57,137 nt of DNA from a virus (Duplodnaviria > Caudoviricetes). Under the pieces are notes generated by a model, which saw nothing but the letters and a program-made list of their open reading frames with translations, was not told where the DNA came from and did not search any database. Location of the stretch: IMG/VR virus record IMGVR_UViG_3300044718_000101, positions 1-57,137 of that record; one strand, given 5' to 3'. Every line of letters begins with the position of its first letter. Positions within the stretch are counted from its first letter, which is position 1. A program made the translations under genes and the position numbers. Positions 55,893-57,137 of this stretch are shown here, piece by piece.

Positions 55893-56147
55893 ATCGCTTA
55901 TTTCCTTTATGTCTTGCGAAGCGAGAAAACAGGTCGCTTTTACGTGGGTTCGACGGCGAACCTAACAGACAGGCTCTTGAGACACAACTCTGGCCGAAGC
56001 CTATCAACAAAGGGCGGGATTCCATGGACGCTTTGCTACGAAGAGGAATATGCGACGCGCTCCGAAGCCGTCGTCCGTGAGCTCGAGATCAAGAAATGGA
56101 AAAGCTCAAAGATGATTGAGGACCTTTCTGGGAGAGCGTCCCGATGA
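55893..56147 (+). CDS. Small GIY-YIG nuclease (UPF0213/SLX1-like); start codon uncertain
   Basis: YFLYVL.S....FYVGST.NL..RL..HN.G...ST....PW..E......A..RE..IK; ATC where ATG is expected. Confidence 0.85.
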   Translation: MAYFLYVLRSEKTGRFYVGSTANLTDRLLRHNSGRSLSTKGGIPWTLCYEEEYATRSEAVVRELEIKKWKSSKMIEDLSGRASR

Positions 56148-56290
56148 ATCGGGAAGGTCACGGGGCAGTTTATCCCGACTTGTCGGGAAGCCCCGTTGTC
56201 TCCACCACTTTTTGAGAAACGTCCCGGTGATTCGGGAAGGTCAGGGGGCAGCTTGTGCCGATTTATCAGGGAGCCCGATTGTCTCCACCA
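56128..56290 (+). repeat. Two tandem ~83-bp tRNA-Ala-derived repeats carrying TCCCGA..TCGGGA palindromes
   Basis: Copy 1 56128-56207, copy 2 ~56214-56290; both end TTGTCTCCACCA; inverted relative to the tRNA gene. Confidence 0.9.
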
Positions 56291-56303
56291 CTATTCGAGA
56301 GCA

Positions 56304-57137
56304 TCACCGAGGTGGCTGTAGCGACAGCCTTGGAATCTTAACCCAAGTGTAAGGTCGGGTCTGGAGTTCTATACGCGACAGATTCCTTCCTGATGTGAAA
56401 AGCCCGAGGGTAGAGCATCCATCTCCATACGAGTTCCAGAGCTTTCCATCCTTGTCGTAGCCCACGAAACGAAAGGCTTCACGCTCGGTCATGTCCAAAA
56501 GCCGCTTCGGGATAGTGACTCGGAATTGACCGTATCTGATCTCAGCGGTAGGTTCAGAATCAGTCAAAACGTAGTGACTCTTTGTTGCCTGGGCCTTATA
56601 AACGCAACGCGCCTGCCAGGGGCCTTGCGAGTAACCGAAATATAAGTCCGCAAACCGGACAGTAGGTGCCGTCCTCGCCATCCCTGTCACAAGGGTCGAA
56701 TAGGTCCTGTTGTTTTCATTTTCGTTGATCTCATCGGAGAGGCCGCTGTTTTCCAGCATTGGAATCTCCGCGAAGCGGACCGTCTCGCTCGGATATGACT
56801 CCATCTTGTAGAACTGCCGGTATCGGAAGCCATCCACCTGGATACTGAACTCGCGGTTCGCGTTACCATGGAAACGGCCTTGGTCAACTCTTGACTTGTG
56901 GGTTCGCTTTCCATTTGCCGTCCAAGTACGGCCAGTCTTAACATCTTCAACCAGCACCGTAAGGACTAACCCGTTCCCGATCGAACTATGCAAACCGGAT
57001 ACAGTTAGGCTGGACTGTGGCACAGGCATGAGAGGGTGCAACGCCTGCCCTCGCGCTACGGCTAACACAGTTGCAAACAGCCCTCCAACTGCGATTAAGG
57101 CTCTGGCCTGAATCTCGATCCCTAGGGGTCTACTCAT
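56304..57137 (-). CDS. Host hypothetical exported protein
   Basis: 277-aa ORF with hydrophobic N-terminus; outside the prophage. Confidence 0.6.
   Translation of the reverse strand: MSRPLGIEIQARALIAVGGLFATVLAVARGQALHPLMPVPQSSLTVSGLHSSIGNGLVLTVLVEDVKTGRTWTANGKRTHKSRVDQGRFHGNANREFSIQVDGFRYRQFYKMESYPSETVRFAEIPMLENSGLSDEINENENNRTYSTLVTGMARTAPTVRFADLYFGYSQGPWQARCVYKAQATKSHYVLTDSEPTAEIRYGQFRVTIPKRLLDMTEREAFRFVGYDKDGKLWNSYGDGCSTLGLFTSGRNLSRIELQTRPYTWVKIPRLSLQPPR

Noticed and set aside
56128-56290. tRNA 3'-end copies as the prophage's second att site
   Set aside because: They are inverted relative to the tRNA and lie on the non-phage side; the partner att must be a direct repeat at the far left end
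56128-56290. CRISPR array or functional tRNA genes
   Set aside because: No unique spacers or cas genes; the units lack the 5' acceptor strand, anticodon and T-loop

Overview
Positions 1 to ~55,790 are a temperate, long-tailed (siphovirus-type) prophage with lambda-like organisation, integrated at the 3' end of a tRNA-Ala(GGC) gene (55787-55862, minus strand). I found no direct-repeat att partner, so the far prophage end probably lies left of base 1. From left to right: plus-strand morons (including an acyltransferase-3); a minus-strand late region (fibre, tail, tape measure, tail chaperone with a -1 frameshift, HK97-type head, portal, terminase, lysis cassette with many small membrane proteins and a PLD-family protein); a minus-strand replication/recombination operon (ParB, initiator with iterons, Gp37/Gp68, MBL hydrolase, RecT, SMC-like ATPase, KTSC, Cro); a cI switch; and a plus-strand early operon rich in DNA-modification genes that ends in xis-int. 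The most unusual element is just outside the prophage. A small GIY-YIG nuclease gene sits back-to-back with the tRNA and runs into ~83-bp tandem repeats. These are inverted copies of that same tRNA in which the anticodon arm and T-loop are replaced by TCCCGA..TCGGGA palindromes. All calls come from reading motifs by eye; no database searches were run and the host taxon is not determined.
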